The position numbers were made by a program, and so were the translations under genes. DNA of 64,000 nucleotides from Octopus vulgaris (lineage: Eukaryota). Below, one piece after another: positions 41,077 to 55,600 of the stretch; position 1 is the stretch's first letter; each line of letters opens with the position of its first letter. Location of the stretch: the NCBI GenBank assembly GCA_951406725.2, contig OX597817.1, positions 52,080,001 through 52,144,000 of the forward strand, read 5' to 3'. A model generated the notes under the pieces. The model was not told the DNA's origin, ran no database searches, and was given only the letters and a program-made list of their open reading frames with translations.

Positions 41077-43524
41077 AATAAGAAAATGGAGGGGATCAAT
41101 AGGTGGTTCATCAACTTTTAAACATTATATTATATCAATTTATTTATATATTTACTGAAATGACAATTACAAGAATATACATACATGTACAACATATTAT
41201 GTTTTACATATAAAATATATTAATATATAAAGATACCAGTAGTTATTAAAATATGTGACATACAGGAATAGAAATTGGGAAAGTATCTTACAGCTGTTTC
41301 AGCCAAGAGGCAAAAATACCTCATTTTACCTTTATTCCTCCAGTAGACTGAAATAATAAGTAGATGGAATTGAGGTACTTGGGTGTTTCTCTAGGCTTCG
41401 TCAGAGACTTTAGAAGGTACATAAGGTTAAGCTATAAATATAAATAAATAGATACACACACATTTACATACTTATACATATGCATACATATATAAATATA
41501 CATAAATACATATACCTACACTTAAATGTACATACATACATATATATATATAGTTACAAAGAAGAAATGTGGATTATTATTATTATTATCATTATTAATT
41601 TTCTTTCCTCTTAACTTCCACTCTCCTGAAAAACACTGAAAACCTCAGCGCATTGAAAATTCTTGTGGTTGGAGTTTCATGCCTACAAATATTCCTTCAA
41701 AATAATTGGACAGGACCACTCACAGAAGCCTTTTCTTTAGAGAAATTCTACCAGAATTGGTGCCCTAAAGTTATATATCAGGTGAGTGCTCCATCTTTTC
41801 ACTTCCACTTATCTTTGTTTTTATAACATTGTTTCTTTCGATTAAGCATGGGTTATTTTGTTTCCTTCGCCGAGGTCCAGTAACTAAAACAAGGGAAAGA
41901 ATGAAAGAACTATCTCCTCATCATCATCGTCGTTTAATGTCTACTTTCCCTGCTGGCATGGGTTGGAGGGCTTGGCTGAGGACTGACAAGCCAGGAGGCT
42001 GCACCAGGCTCCAATCTAATCTGGCAGTGTTTCTACAGCTGGATGCCCTTCCTAATGCCAACCACTCCAAGAGTGTAGTGGGTGCTTTTTACATGCTACT
42101 GGCATGGAGGCCAGTCAGGCGGCACTGACTATGCTTGAATAGTGTTTTTTATGTGCCACTGGCAAAGGAGCCAGTCAGGTGGCACTGACATCCACCATGC
42201 TTATATGGTGCTTTTTATGTACCACTGGCACAGGAGCTAGTCAGCCAGCACTGGCATCAGCCACGCTTGAATGGTGCTTTTTATGTACCACTGGAACCGG
42301 CAGGACTGGCAATGATCATGCTTCAGTGATGCTTTTTATGTGCTACTAGTTCTGGTATGGGCCATGCTCAAATGGTGCTTTTTATGTGCCACCGGCACTG
42401 GCATCAGCCACATTCGAATGGTACTTTTTATGTGCCACTCTCATGGGTGCCAGTCAGGCAGCATGGGCATTGACCACGACAAAGATTTCACTTGACTCAA
42501 CCAGTCTTAAGACCAAACTGAGATGATACTTAATGGCTTTATCTCCCTCTCAGGTTGTGTCACTTTCTGATGGCAGTCTTAATAAGTGACAAATTTCTGC
42601 TGAAATTCTCAATAGAAAATCTCATTACAAAATGTTTTCCTGTATTGTAGTTGCATTTCACTTATCTTTGACCTTCACTAAATGTCTCCCCTTTTCTGCC
42701 CCTTTTCCTTGCAGGAAGACAAACTCCACAGTCTTTTAGTGAAGGAACTCTGCAAAGATGGTGAAGCTGTCTACAAACTCTGCCGCCAGTTACCTTGCTT
42801 TTTTCTTGCCAAAAGCATCCTACTTGAAAGTTCTACATTCCGTCAGCAACTCTGGGTACGTAGTCTTCCACAAAACAATGTTTGGTATATTCTTCTTCTT
42901 CATCTCTGTTGTCTTTTAGTCTCTATGCTTTTTATTCTGTCTTCTCTCTCTTGCTCATCTTTATTCTCACATTTTCTGTTGTTTTCCTTTCACTTTTTCA
43001 CTCTTAGACAAGTGTTCTCTACTATAGCCCCAGACTGGGCAATGCCTTACGAGTGGATTTGGTAGATGGAAACTGAATATATATATATATAAATTAGAAA
43101 AAACCACCTTTTATAAATTCAAAATGAACAATTAAATTACACCATCTAGAAAATTACATATAATAGAAATATTAAAATTAAAATAACAATAATATACCGA
43201 TGATTAAATAAATTGCAAAATAATAATAAAAATGTATATATTTGGTAGAACAGCAAATATATTCTACCAAATATATACGTTTTTATTATTATTTTGCAAT
43301 TTACTTAATCATCGGTATATTATTGTTATTTTAATTTTAATATTTCTATTATATGTAATTTTCTAGATGGTGTAATTTAATTGTTCATTTTGAATTCATA
43401 AAAGGTGGGTTTTTTTCTAATTTTCATATATATATATATATATATTATATTTTGTAAAATTTGATTTAGTATTTCTAAATTGAATTTTTCCCTGTAAGTT
43501 AGGAATAATATTCCCTCAAATAAT

Positions 43525-43565
<41 letters not shown>

Positions 43566-46500
43566 TGTAAAAAGGTTGAATGTAGATTTGTCCTTTAATT
43601 TTTATTGAGTGAAAACACCTAAAGCTCCACGAAGCTCTGACAAAGGGTGGTGGTGAACCCTGCTGTACTCTTTCACCACAACTTTCTCTCACTCTTTCTC
43701 CCTGTTTCTGTTGTACCTGTTTTTCAAAGTGCCAGCCTTGTCACACTCTGTGTCATGCTGAATTCCCCAAGATCTACATTAAGGGTACACGTGTCTGTGG
43801 AGTGCTCAGCCACTTGCACGTTAATTTCACGAGCAGGCTGTTCCGTTGATCTGATCAACTGGAACCCTCGTCGTTGCAACCAGCGGAGTGCCACGAGTAA
43901 ATAAGACACATGGCTTAGTGGTTAGGGTATTCAGCTCACAGTCATAAGGTACTGATTTCAATTCCTGGCAGTGCATTGTGTCCTTGAGCAAGACACTTTA
44001 TTTCACGTTGCTCCAGTTCAATCAGCTGGTAAAAATGAGATGTACCTGTAATTCAAAAGGGCCAGCCTTGTCACATTCTGTGTCGTGCTGAATCTCCCTG
44101 AGAACTACATTAAGGTTGCGTATGCCTGTGGAATACTCAGCCATTTGCCTGTTAATTTCCCAAGCTGGCTGTTCCATTGATCACATCAACTGAAACACTT
44201 GTCGTAACTGATGGAGTGCCAATTAGTAAATAAGCAATTAACACTTGTAAAACATAATTGTTGATTGGCAGACTTTCAAACTAGCTACCATTACTTCATG
44301 AAGATGAAAAAGGACAAAAAATTGAGTGATTATTTCCTTCTGTGAAAGGAATCTTTTGTCCAAAACATTAAATTTTTTTTCCTTTTTGCTCTCCAATTCC
44401 ATATCCTTTTCAGGTAAATTTTTACTGGTATATTTCTCTGTGAGGTAATGAAAGCTATTCTGAAAGCTTACCAATCATTTGTTCCAACCATGCCCATTTC
44501 ATATTTTTAGATACATTTAAGATTATATTGTCTTATGTCTCCTTCCTTTTGTTAGAGAGTAGAACAGGATTTAAGGGAGATTTGGCTGGTGTTTCTAGCC
44601 ATTCCTTTAACCATAGCCACTGAAAGGGAAAACAAGGTCAATAATGCTTGAATATTCTTTTCTACTCTAGGCACAAGGCACAAAATTTTTGGGGAGGGGG
44701 CCAGTCTGTTAGATCGACCTCAGTATGAAACTGGTACTTAATTTATCGAGCCTGATAGGATGAAAAGCAAAGTCAACCTCGGCGGAATTTAAACTCAGAA
44801 CATAAAGACAGGCGAAATACCAGTAATGCTAGAATAATTAAGGAAGCCTTGACTGATCATCTGATATAATATTCAATAAGTATTGTGAATTATTTGTTGT
44901 AGAGTGGTGAGTGGTGGCGGTTCCGGGTGGTGTCAGTTTACCAGAGGTTGCTGGATGACAAATCTCCCAGCCTGAAGGATATTGCTGATGAAGCACTAAC
45001 TGCAAGTGAGTTTCTCTTTCTTTATGTTTTTCAGTCTTTCCTTTTTCATTATTCTACACACACACACACACACACAGAGGCTCAGGTATGGATTTGTGAC
45101 TAAAAGGATTATTTTGCAGCTGTATGGTTTTAGATTGAATTCCACTGGGTTTTTATTCAAGGATAGTTGATAGGTTGGATGAGATGCTGATGAAAGGACA
45201 ATAATACTTGAAATATGCATATACACCCTTTCCCTATTTTTCTGTTTTCAGTTGCATTGTTTACAAAGACATATTTGTTTATGAATCCTCATAACTTATA
45301 GTTATGAATTCTATAGAAAATCTATAGGGATAACATTAAAATGAGATTCAAGCACTGTTGACACATGGTAAGATGCAGTATTGACTTATAATCCTATAAT
45401 ATACTTAAGAGTATTTTATGGTTCCAGAACAAATTACAACTGCCTTGCCAGCTTTTAAATGTGTGTGTTGTGTGAATATTTACATGAAAATTCACTGAAC
45501 CACAAGCAGTGAAGTTTGTGAGCATTGCTTTGTCAAGGAATCATCCACGAATTTTCCATTTTCAAAAATGTGTGGGATACAAGACTCTTTACTTAGAAAA
45601 CAGGATAGGGATGGTGAGAGGAAAGGCAATATATATGTATATATATTTATATAAAATACAGTGTACATTTAATCACATTAAGAGGTATCCATCATAGGAC
45701 TCTTAATGTGTTTAAATGTACACTGCATTTTATATGAATAATACATAGTCTATTGACTAATTTTTCTATACGCTAGGCCACTGGTAGTACAAATTTCTAA
45801 AATCTTTATTACCCTGATATTATTAATTATATATATATATATATATATTACTGAGGAATTGTTTTACAATGCCTCAATAATGTATATATATTGTCTTAAT
45901 TTATGGCAGCAGAGAAAAATGCACATTAAAATGAAGAGTTAACACTCAGGTTTAATAGTTAAAATTTATTATAGATGAAAATGTTTGCAAACTCGAACAA
46001 TTCCATTTGAATTATTAATTAATGCCATTGTTATTTAACTCCACTTCATCACTGATTCAGCATACATTTGATCATCAGTCCTGTTGTTTTAATCCTTTCT
46101 TTACTTTATTTTTGTTGAAATACTCTGCTTTTGTGTGAATTTTTTTTAAAAACATGCAAATATCATCCTCATCATCATGTAAACTTTTCCCTGCTTGCAT
46201 AGATCTGATGAGAGTACATTGAGACAGTTTTTTTTTTTTCTACTGTGAGATGCCAAAATCATCACAGCCCTGCAGCCTGTTGGATCCTGTTAGACCATCC
46301 AACCCATGCCAGCATTCAAAATGGATGTTAAATGAGGATAATGATGATGATGCCATTCCTTTCATCAACTCTACTTGTTTCCAAATGAAGTCATAACCTC
46401 CCAGTCTATCAAATAGCAAACAGCTTGGACATGTTTAATACAAAAAGCTAGAAATAAATGATATCAATTGAATATTATGGTGCAGCTTGGGTATCTGCCT

Positions 46501-48490
46501 TCTGGGACTGCCCTTAAGTCCCCTGGCTCCTCGGGTCTATACAAGGCTTATAAAGCAGACCCAAAAGTGCCACTACTACAAAAGCATTGTCCGGGATGGT
46601 CTTCTCCTTAAATCAATCATGCTCCTGATTGAATACGCATTTTATTTGCTAAGATTGAGCAATATATAAAGATATGTCAAGAAGTCCCCGGATGTCTTTT
46701 TGTGGCAGACTGTAAGCAAGCTGCATTATAAAGAAGCCAGTTTAAAAACCAGTGAATGCAAGGGAAATATGAACTCATTCACACAATCATATATACACAG
46801 GCATACAGATATATGGTGGGATTCTTTCAGTTTCTGTCTACCAAATCCACTCACAAAATTTTGGTCAACTCAGGGCTGTGGTAGAAGACATTTGCCCAAG
46901 GTGCCGTGCTGGAGGACCGAACCTGAAACCACATGGTTAGGAAGTGACAAATTCACACATTGAATTAATATGATATTACTCTTTTTTTCAGTGACACATA
47001 AGATGGCACTGCTGGATAAGAAGAACAGGTAAAGTTTTACTTAAAGTATTTTACAGTTCAATCTTATTTTATCTTTTAACCAATTACAGTGTAAACGACT
47101 TCGAGCTTCGGTGAGATCACAGCTTAGCTTTCAATTTAATGGCATCACCCACTCTGATATATGAGTGTCTACCTGCGTGTGTGTCAACCATATCTGAAAA
47201 GGCTATTGAAACTCACCTGTGCTTTTCGTCCTTTCAGGGTTGATTAACCCATAAAGCGCTGGGATTTGCACTTACATAGCATGGACTGCTGAGAAAAATT
47301 TTATGAAAATGAGACTACCATGCGCACATAACAAAAACTTGTTAAAATATTTTCTTAGTATATAATAGTGGCAAGTTTTACATCATCTGAGAAGTCATTA
47401 GTTGAACTATTAGTCCTCTTGTATTTGGGGGGTATCGGAGAGTTTGAGCGACATTAGACCCCAACAAACACCCATAAATTAAATGCATCTATCTGGGCCA
47501 CGATTGTGACCCGTCATGCTTTATGTGTTAAATAAGTACCAGTCAAGCACTGGAGTCAATGTAACCTACTGACCTCCCTTCCAAAATTATGTTGAATACA
47601 AATAATGTAATTTTTGTAATTCTGTTATTGCATTTTTATTTTTTTCTTTCATTGTCTTAATCACCATTCCAGAGAACTTGAGATTTGTTATGAATTAGAA
47701 GCGGCATATTTAAAACAAGACTACTATGAATATCAAAAATCCAAAGAACGTTTCCTCAGTGCTGCAAACATGGCACACCTGAATGTTAGTCTCACAGGTA
47801 AGATATTTTAACTGAATATTTTAACTTACATTTTACACTTGAGTTCATCATCATACTGGCCACTTTTCCATGCAAGCATGGGTCAGGCAAAATTTACTGA
47901 AGCCTATTTCTACAGCTTGATGCCCTTCCTGATGTCAACCCTTATTTGTGTCCATACATGGTAATATTTCCCCATGGACAGGCAGAATATTGGAAATGAA
48001 GGACTTTCATTTACAGCTGTCACTTAATGCCAAGGTAAGGAGACACACACACACACAAACACACGTACACACTTTACAATCATCCAATCATCAACAAGGG
48101 TACACGCATACACACAATAGACTTTTTCAGTTTCTGTCCACCAAGTCCACTCGAGGCTTTGGTCAGCCGATGGCTATCGTAGAAGACACTTGTGTTGCTG
48201 TGTACTGACAGTAAAAGATGTGGAGAAAGTGATGAGGTCAGACTTAAGGATGTTGGGCCTTGAAAATAAGATCATGTCAGATGTCAACTGATATATTACC
48301 ATACTGTACATGTATAGGTGCAGGCATGGTTGTGTGTTTAAAAAGGTTGTTTCTCAACCATGTGATCTTGGGTTCAGTCTGTGCAGCACCTTGGCTGTCT
48401 CCTACAATGGCCCTGGACTGACCAAAGCCTTGTGAGGGATTTGGTAGATGGAAATTGAAAGAAACCTGCCATGCATGTATGTGTGTGTGA

Positions 48491-48521
<31 letters not shown>

Positions 48522-51500
48522 CATACATACTTACATACATACACTTTGCTCTTAGCAACATAAAAGCACTCTTTACTCTCTCAGAGTGGTTGGCATTAGG
48601 AAGAGCATCCAGCTGTAGAAACCATGCCAAATCAGACTGGAGTCTGGTGCAGCCTTTCAGTTTGCCAGCCCTAGTCAAACCATCCAACCCATGCCAGCAT
48701 GGGCAATGGATGTTAAATGATGATAATGACGATGATACACACACACACACACTACTTTATTGAATCCAAAATGTCTTAATACAGACTAGTCAAAGAATAT
48801 TTTATAAAATGTGAATATATGTGTGTTTATGGATATTAATTCAGTGAATAAATGTGTTGGTGAGTGTGTCTGTTTGTTGTTTGTTTCCAGTCTTCCATGA
48901 AAAGTATATCTAGCCATGGAAAATATTTACCTTGATTGGAAACAGGTAACAATTGGCAACAGGAAGAGCAGGTATTTATAGTGATGTCAGTGTTATCCAT
49001 TTTTGGTGGCAACATTGGCTTAATGACACACTATACTTTGTCAGCATGAGAGAGAAGGAAGCCACTGTATCTGCTCATAACAACAAGAGGGTAGAATACA
49101 CAAGGCGCTTGTATTAAGTCATAACTTTTATTATTGGAGACAATACATTCACATAGAAGGTTAGTTGAAAGAAGCTTATAACATTACATGAATGTGTTCT
49201 GTCTGCAGTCACAGGTCTCCAAGTAAGAAAGGCAAACAAGTGGGCTTAAGTGCGGCAGCTTGATCCAGTACACTCTGAAGGATCAACATGCACCGAACCG
49301 CATGAATTAGAATTTCTTTCCTTTATAAAGGGATGAACCGGAAATCCCTGGCTTCTGAGTAAAACCGGAAATTCTGGAAGAATCTTGAACATTCTAGAAG
49401 CTCTAGGGAGATTACTCTCATTACATCCCCTTTCTGTTTTGCTTGTCATCGTAACCACTAGGGGTCACTACATCTTTGATCATATAAAATCCACCGCAAT
49501 AAACTCTGTCTGACTCCAGCAAGCATGGAAAAATTGACACAAAATGATAATGATACACATGCCACACATGTCAACCTGTAAGAATAGATGAGGATGATAT
49601 TGTTTTTTTCGTTTTATCTTTCATCACATTTTCATTTTACCTGGTGCTAAATCTTATTTCCTTAATCTAATTTTGAGTTTTCTTTTTTTGGTCTTGCAAG
49701 TACTTGGTGACCCTGTCAATGCAGGTGCCACTTAAAAGCACCCGGTCCACATTGTAAAGTGGTTGGTGTTCAGAAGGGCATCCAGCTGTAAAAGCCCTTT
49801 CCAAAACTGACTCTCCTGTACTTGTACCACCTAAAAAACACTAAGTCCACTCTGCTGAGCGGTTGGTGTAAGGAAGGACATCTAGCTGTAAAATTCCTGC
49901 CAAAACAGTTACAGAAGTAACCGTCCATCCATGCTAGCGTGGAAGGTGGACATTAAACGATGATGATGATGACATTGTAACTCACCAAATGCATTCTACT
50001 GATTTCAATATTTCATTTTCTCTTCTTTCAATCAGGTGCTTTAGGCAAGCGCACACGCTTCCAAAGTAAAGATGTTGCCCAAGTTCTTTTGGAGGTGAAA
50101 CGAACGCAACCCGATGAGACAGAGGCTCAGTTGTTAGAGTTACATGTGCCTGCAGTCAAGCTTAATGCTTCCTTGCTTCCAAAGGTATGGTATTTTAGTT
50201 TCTGTTTTTTGTTTGAAGGACTTCATTGTTTCCATGCTTTCATTGGTCAAACAGAATTTGTTCAAGTGGATTTTCTAAGACTGGATGCCCTTCCTGTCTA
50301 CCAACCTCATCTGCTTCCAAACTAAGTAATTTTTCCCCATTGCCAGACATGTGGAAGAAGGAAAACAAATAGCATTGCTTGTGTGACGGTGGTGGTGCTT
50401 TATACTCATCACATGATGATGAAATAAGGCTACACACATCATCATATCACCATCATAGTTTATCCGTCATTGTCACCGATGACCAAGGACATCACATGGG
50501 AGAAAAAGATGAGGGCATGGTGTGTCCAGTTATGGTTGATCAGTCTAACGCGTGCTTGGAAGGCTCTACCACAAGCCAGGCACTGGTGGTCGGCTGGGAC
50601 TGGGACTGGAATTGCGCAGTTTGTATTTGCTTTATACCCGTACAACCCTGTTCTGTTTGTAGAAAATGGCACCTCTGTCGGTGTAGCTTCACCAGGTAGG
50701 GTGGTCTTGTGCTTGTGTTTCCCAGGTGTCAGGGTTGATCTCAAAGTTTTTCAGTGAAACTTTGAGTATATTCTTGAAGTACTTTTTCTTTCTATCTTGC
50801 ATGCACTTACCTTCTGCCAGTTCTCTGTCGAACAGTCTCTTGAAGGGCCACATGTCAGGCATTCAAACAAAGTGGATTGCTCACCTGACTTGCATTCTCC
50901 TCAGCAGTATGTAAAAGCTGGCAGAAACGTTAGTACGGCGGAATGCCTAGCGGTATTTCGTCTGTCTTTACGTTCTGAGTTCAAATTCCGCCGAGGTCAA
51001 CTTTGCCTTTCATCCTTTCAGGGTCGATTAAATAAGTACCAGTTACGCACTGGGATCGATGTAATTGACTTAATCCGTTTGTTTGTCCTCTCTGTGTTTA
51101 GCCTTTTGTGGGTAGTAAAGAAATAGGTATGTAAATGTTTGGCAGATCAGCTCAAGAAAGGATCTCTGTATCTGGGACCTTGTCTTGGCTAGTGATTTTC
51201 AACAGCTTTCCCCATCAGTTCATCTGGAAGTAGTTTAGCTTTTCAGCAGGCATACAGTAGTGTATTCAGTACAACTGCTTGGTACATCTTCAGTTTGGTG
51301 GCCAGCCTAATGCCTATCCTCTCCCTCACTGATTCATGTTTACTTACATACAAACAGTGGGTTTGTATTACAAGGCTTTAGTTGGCCTAGGGCTATAGTA
51401 GAAGATGCTGCATAGAGGGACTGAACCCAAAAACCACATGGTCGCAAAGCAAGTGTCTCAACTACACAGCCGTATCTGTGCCCTTATATTTAAACTAACC

Positions 51501-52255
51501 AAATCCAGCCCAAATAATCCACCTGTTTTATTTTCAAACTGACCAGATCCAGCCTTTCACACTTACCCTACAATATCGTTCTGAAAATATACAAACACAT
51601 CATCAAAATCTAGAAGCTAGAAGATAATTAATGATTAATTGAAAACAATCTAAATGAGTTAATCTTTTCATATGACAGTCATCTAAAAGCTAAAGGGCTT
51701 AACATAAATTTTTTTTTAACCCTTTCATTACTAACCCGGCTGAAACCACCTCTGGCTCTGTCATACAAATGTCTTCTTTTCATAAGTTTTGAATTAAAAT
51801 CTTCCACCAAACCTTAGTCACAATTTATGTTCTTAACACTAGCTGAATGATAACTAAGTTATTTTACTAAATTCTTTGTTAGATTTAAAATTAATTGAAA
51901 GAAACACAGAGCATCTCAAAATAAATACGGTAACGAAAGGGTTAAGTGTGCATTTACACAAAAGATGCTTTTTCTAAGATTTTCTTTGCTCATAATGACT
52001 AGCACATATATATATATAAATACTGTATTTTGGAATTTTTCTGTTATGTCTTTTCAGAATCTAAGCCATAATGATGACACTGTCCTTGAAAATATTGAAT
52101 TTTCTGAGATTTCTGAACCAGATTTACAAGTTAACCAATTGGAACAAGCCATTGTACTAGGCCTTATGTAAGAAACATTATGTCCCTTACTTCTGTCAAT
52201 GTACTTTAGTTTGGATTTGGTAGAAAGAAACTGAAAGAAGCCCGTCGTATATAAA

Positions 52256-52307
<52 letters not shown>

Positions 52308-52563
52308 AAAAAGGGACAGGCAAAACAGGTTGCTTGACCGCATACCGAAAAAAATAGAAATAAGCATTCTTGACTGCTATTTCTATTTTTTCGGTATGCG
52401 GTCAAGCAACCTGTTTTGCCTGTCCCTTTTTCTTATATACAATATATATACTGAACTTTACAGAAGTTCCTGCCGGTAATCAGCTATATTTACATACCGA
52501 ATTCTACCAGTAAATAATTGGGGTTTTTTTTAAAAGCCTTTATAGAAATTATTTACTCTTATC

Positions 52564-52615
<52 letters not shown>

Positions 52616-55600
52616 TGTATGTGTCTGTGTTTGTTCCCCCAACATCGCTTGACAAGTGGTTCGGCAAAAGAGAACAATAGAATAAGTACTAGTTTATTTA
52701 GTTATTGTTTAGCCCCCATGTCTGCCCTCATTCATCAGATCTATCCTCAGAAGACCACCAGCATTAATTATCCTGTCCTTCTCTCTTTTGAACTTCATTA
52801 TCCCATGTGTTCTTCTGTTAACATAGCTGCTATTTTTTGCAAGTCAAGCATCCACATAGATGCTCAGTTGCCGGGTCATTTATTTGTTTGATGTTGTTTA
52901 ACGCTGCCAATGGATGATTAAAGATGTTCCAACCACAAGCATCAGCGTCTGACCAGCACTTGCTTTCCTGATAGAAGGGTCAGATTTTGCTGGTCATGAA
53001 ATCCATCTGCTATCAACACCCACTGAGTGGTGATCTTGCAATACCATCCTTGATGATGCGCTCACTGGCACTAAGACTAATGCACCTGAAGAAATTTCTG
53101 GACCCCTGGGAGGGCTTTAATCATCATCATCGTTTAACGTCCGTTTTCCATGCTAGCATGGGTTGGGCGGTTCGACCAGGGTCTGGGAAGCCAGAAGGCT
53201 GCACCAGGCTTCAATCTCGATTTGGCAGAGTTTCTACAGCTAGATGTCCTTCCTAATGCCAACCACTCCGTGAGTGTAGTGGGTGCTCTTTACGTGCCAC
53301 CAGCACAGGTGCCAGGCGAGGCTGGCAATGGCCAAACTGGTGAGAGCGTCTTTTATGTGGCACATCTTTCTACATTTCATCTCCTTGACCAGCCTGCATC
53401 AGCCATAGATCACGGTTGGGCTGTTGGCATCTAGAATGTTGCCGGCCATTCACAGCATTCATCATCATCATCATCACTGTTTAGCGTCCGCTTTCCATGC
53501 TAGCATGGGTTGGACGATTTGACTGAGGGCTGGCAGACCAGATGGCTACACCAGGCTCCAATCTTGATCTGGCAGAGTTTCTACAGCTCGATGCCCTTTC
53601 TAATGCTTAAATGGTGTTTTTTACGTGCCAGTCCAGCGGCACTGGCAACGACCTCGAGCGGCACTGGCAGTACCAGCTAAACAAATGCATTTCAACACTT
53701 AAGTCTTTCTTTGTTCTAAGTTCAAATCTTATCATAGTCAAATTTCGTCATTCATTACTGCAAGCACAATCATCATTTAATGTCCATGCTGGCATGAGTT
53801 GGACATTTTGGCATTAACCAATGTCTCTTAGGACTGTATAAAGCTCCAATGTCTGCTTTTGATGCCCTTCTTAATGCCAATCATTATAGAGCATGAGTTC
53901 CAGGTCAGTAAATACTGGTCAGAAACTGTATCCTTCTTCTTATAAGTATCTTTGTACCATTATAAGAAAGCATTATTACCTCTGCCTTAACGAAGGCGGA
54001 GCTATTGTTTCCTGTCGTGTTTGTTTGTTTGTCCATGGACAAGCTATCTCAAGAACCACCGGACGTATTCGAATGAAACATTCAAGGATGTTTGGCCTCA
54101 TGACTAGCACAAACTGATTAGATTTTGGGATCGATCCGGTACAAGCCAAGGATTCTGGATTATTTTTCTTGTGTTTTCACTTAATTTTTGAGTGCAGTCA
54201 AGTTAATTTTTAGTATTCTCGTTTGTGAGAGCAGTCGAGTTTATTTCAGATATTCTCATTTATTTTAAAAATCATCTCTGGCTAATCATTGAGAGGAAGT
54301 TGGTGTTACCTTGGCAGAGGTTTCCACTCTCTGAGTGCTCTTGTTACTATTAATATTCTTTTATCCATTTCTATCCTTCAGGGAAGTTAGCCGTCGGTCA
54401 GAGCCCAATCAAGAAAAACTAACTAATGAACAACTCTTAGCTTACATATCAGTGAGTAAATAACTTTTATCTGAACACTTTGCCTAACAACCCCATTTTG
54501 CACCAATGGTCTAATTTTGTTATAAATTATGTGGGTTTTTTTAAAACTATATATATGTTCTAGTTCACTATATATAAACTACCATACTACCATATTGATT
54601 TATACCATTGGGTGTCACTGGTAATTCCTGTGATACAAAATTAATAATTATATTAATTCTGTGATTCATACATTAAAAATGTGTGTGTGTGAAGAAATAA
54701 TTATTTAGAAGCAATCTGTATTTCTGTATATTACTATAACTGATTGCATTTCTATATATATCACTCTAATAATATACATATCAATGTAATCGACTTACTC
54801 CCTCCCTCCCTCCCCTAATATTACTGGCCTTGTACCAAAATTTGAAACTAATATTGATATTGCATTCAGTTACATTGGTTATATCTCTCTCTTTCTCTAC
54901 AGTTCCTTCTCAATCAGCCGTTGGACTGGAGCATTCAAGTCACAGCTCTTTACACCCGTTCTTTCCTTGAAAAGTCCTTCGCACGTACAATTGAGAGGTC
55001 CATGAAACAGATTGAAGTAAGTAGCCTTCTCACATTCTTGATGCCATTTTGTTTGATTGGACATAGTTTCAGCTTTATTATTCGAAAAATTCCAGGGTGG
55101 TGGCTCGGTTGAATTGTTAGTGGGTCAAACCAAATGCTTTATGAGTTTGTTTCCCACTCTTTACTTTCTGAGTTTAAATCCTACCGCGGCTAACTTTACA
55201 TTTCATCCTCTTGGGATTTCGATGGAACTAAATAAAACATTTGTTCTCAGTCAGTTTTTGTCTGTGATTCCCTGCATTATTGGGGTGTAAACACACTGAC
55301 ACCCATTCTCAAGTGATGAAGGGGGACAAACATAGACACAAAAACACACAAAAAGACCTTTGGAAATATGCTGTGCTTGAGAAAACTCGGCAAGCTCAAA
55401 TGAGACCATAACCTTGTGGCCTATGCCAGGGCTGTAACCAGCCCACTTATGCATACCTCTCCTTCATTGGACACTAAACTCTGCTTGCGAAGACCTGTTG
55501 AGGCAAGTGAAATCGAAATCAAATTTGTTGACTGGCATCCATGCTAGTGGAGCGCTAAGAGTACCATCCGAGCATGATCGTTGCCAGAGCAACAAGCTGG

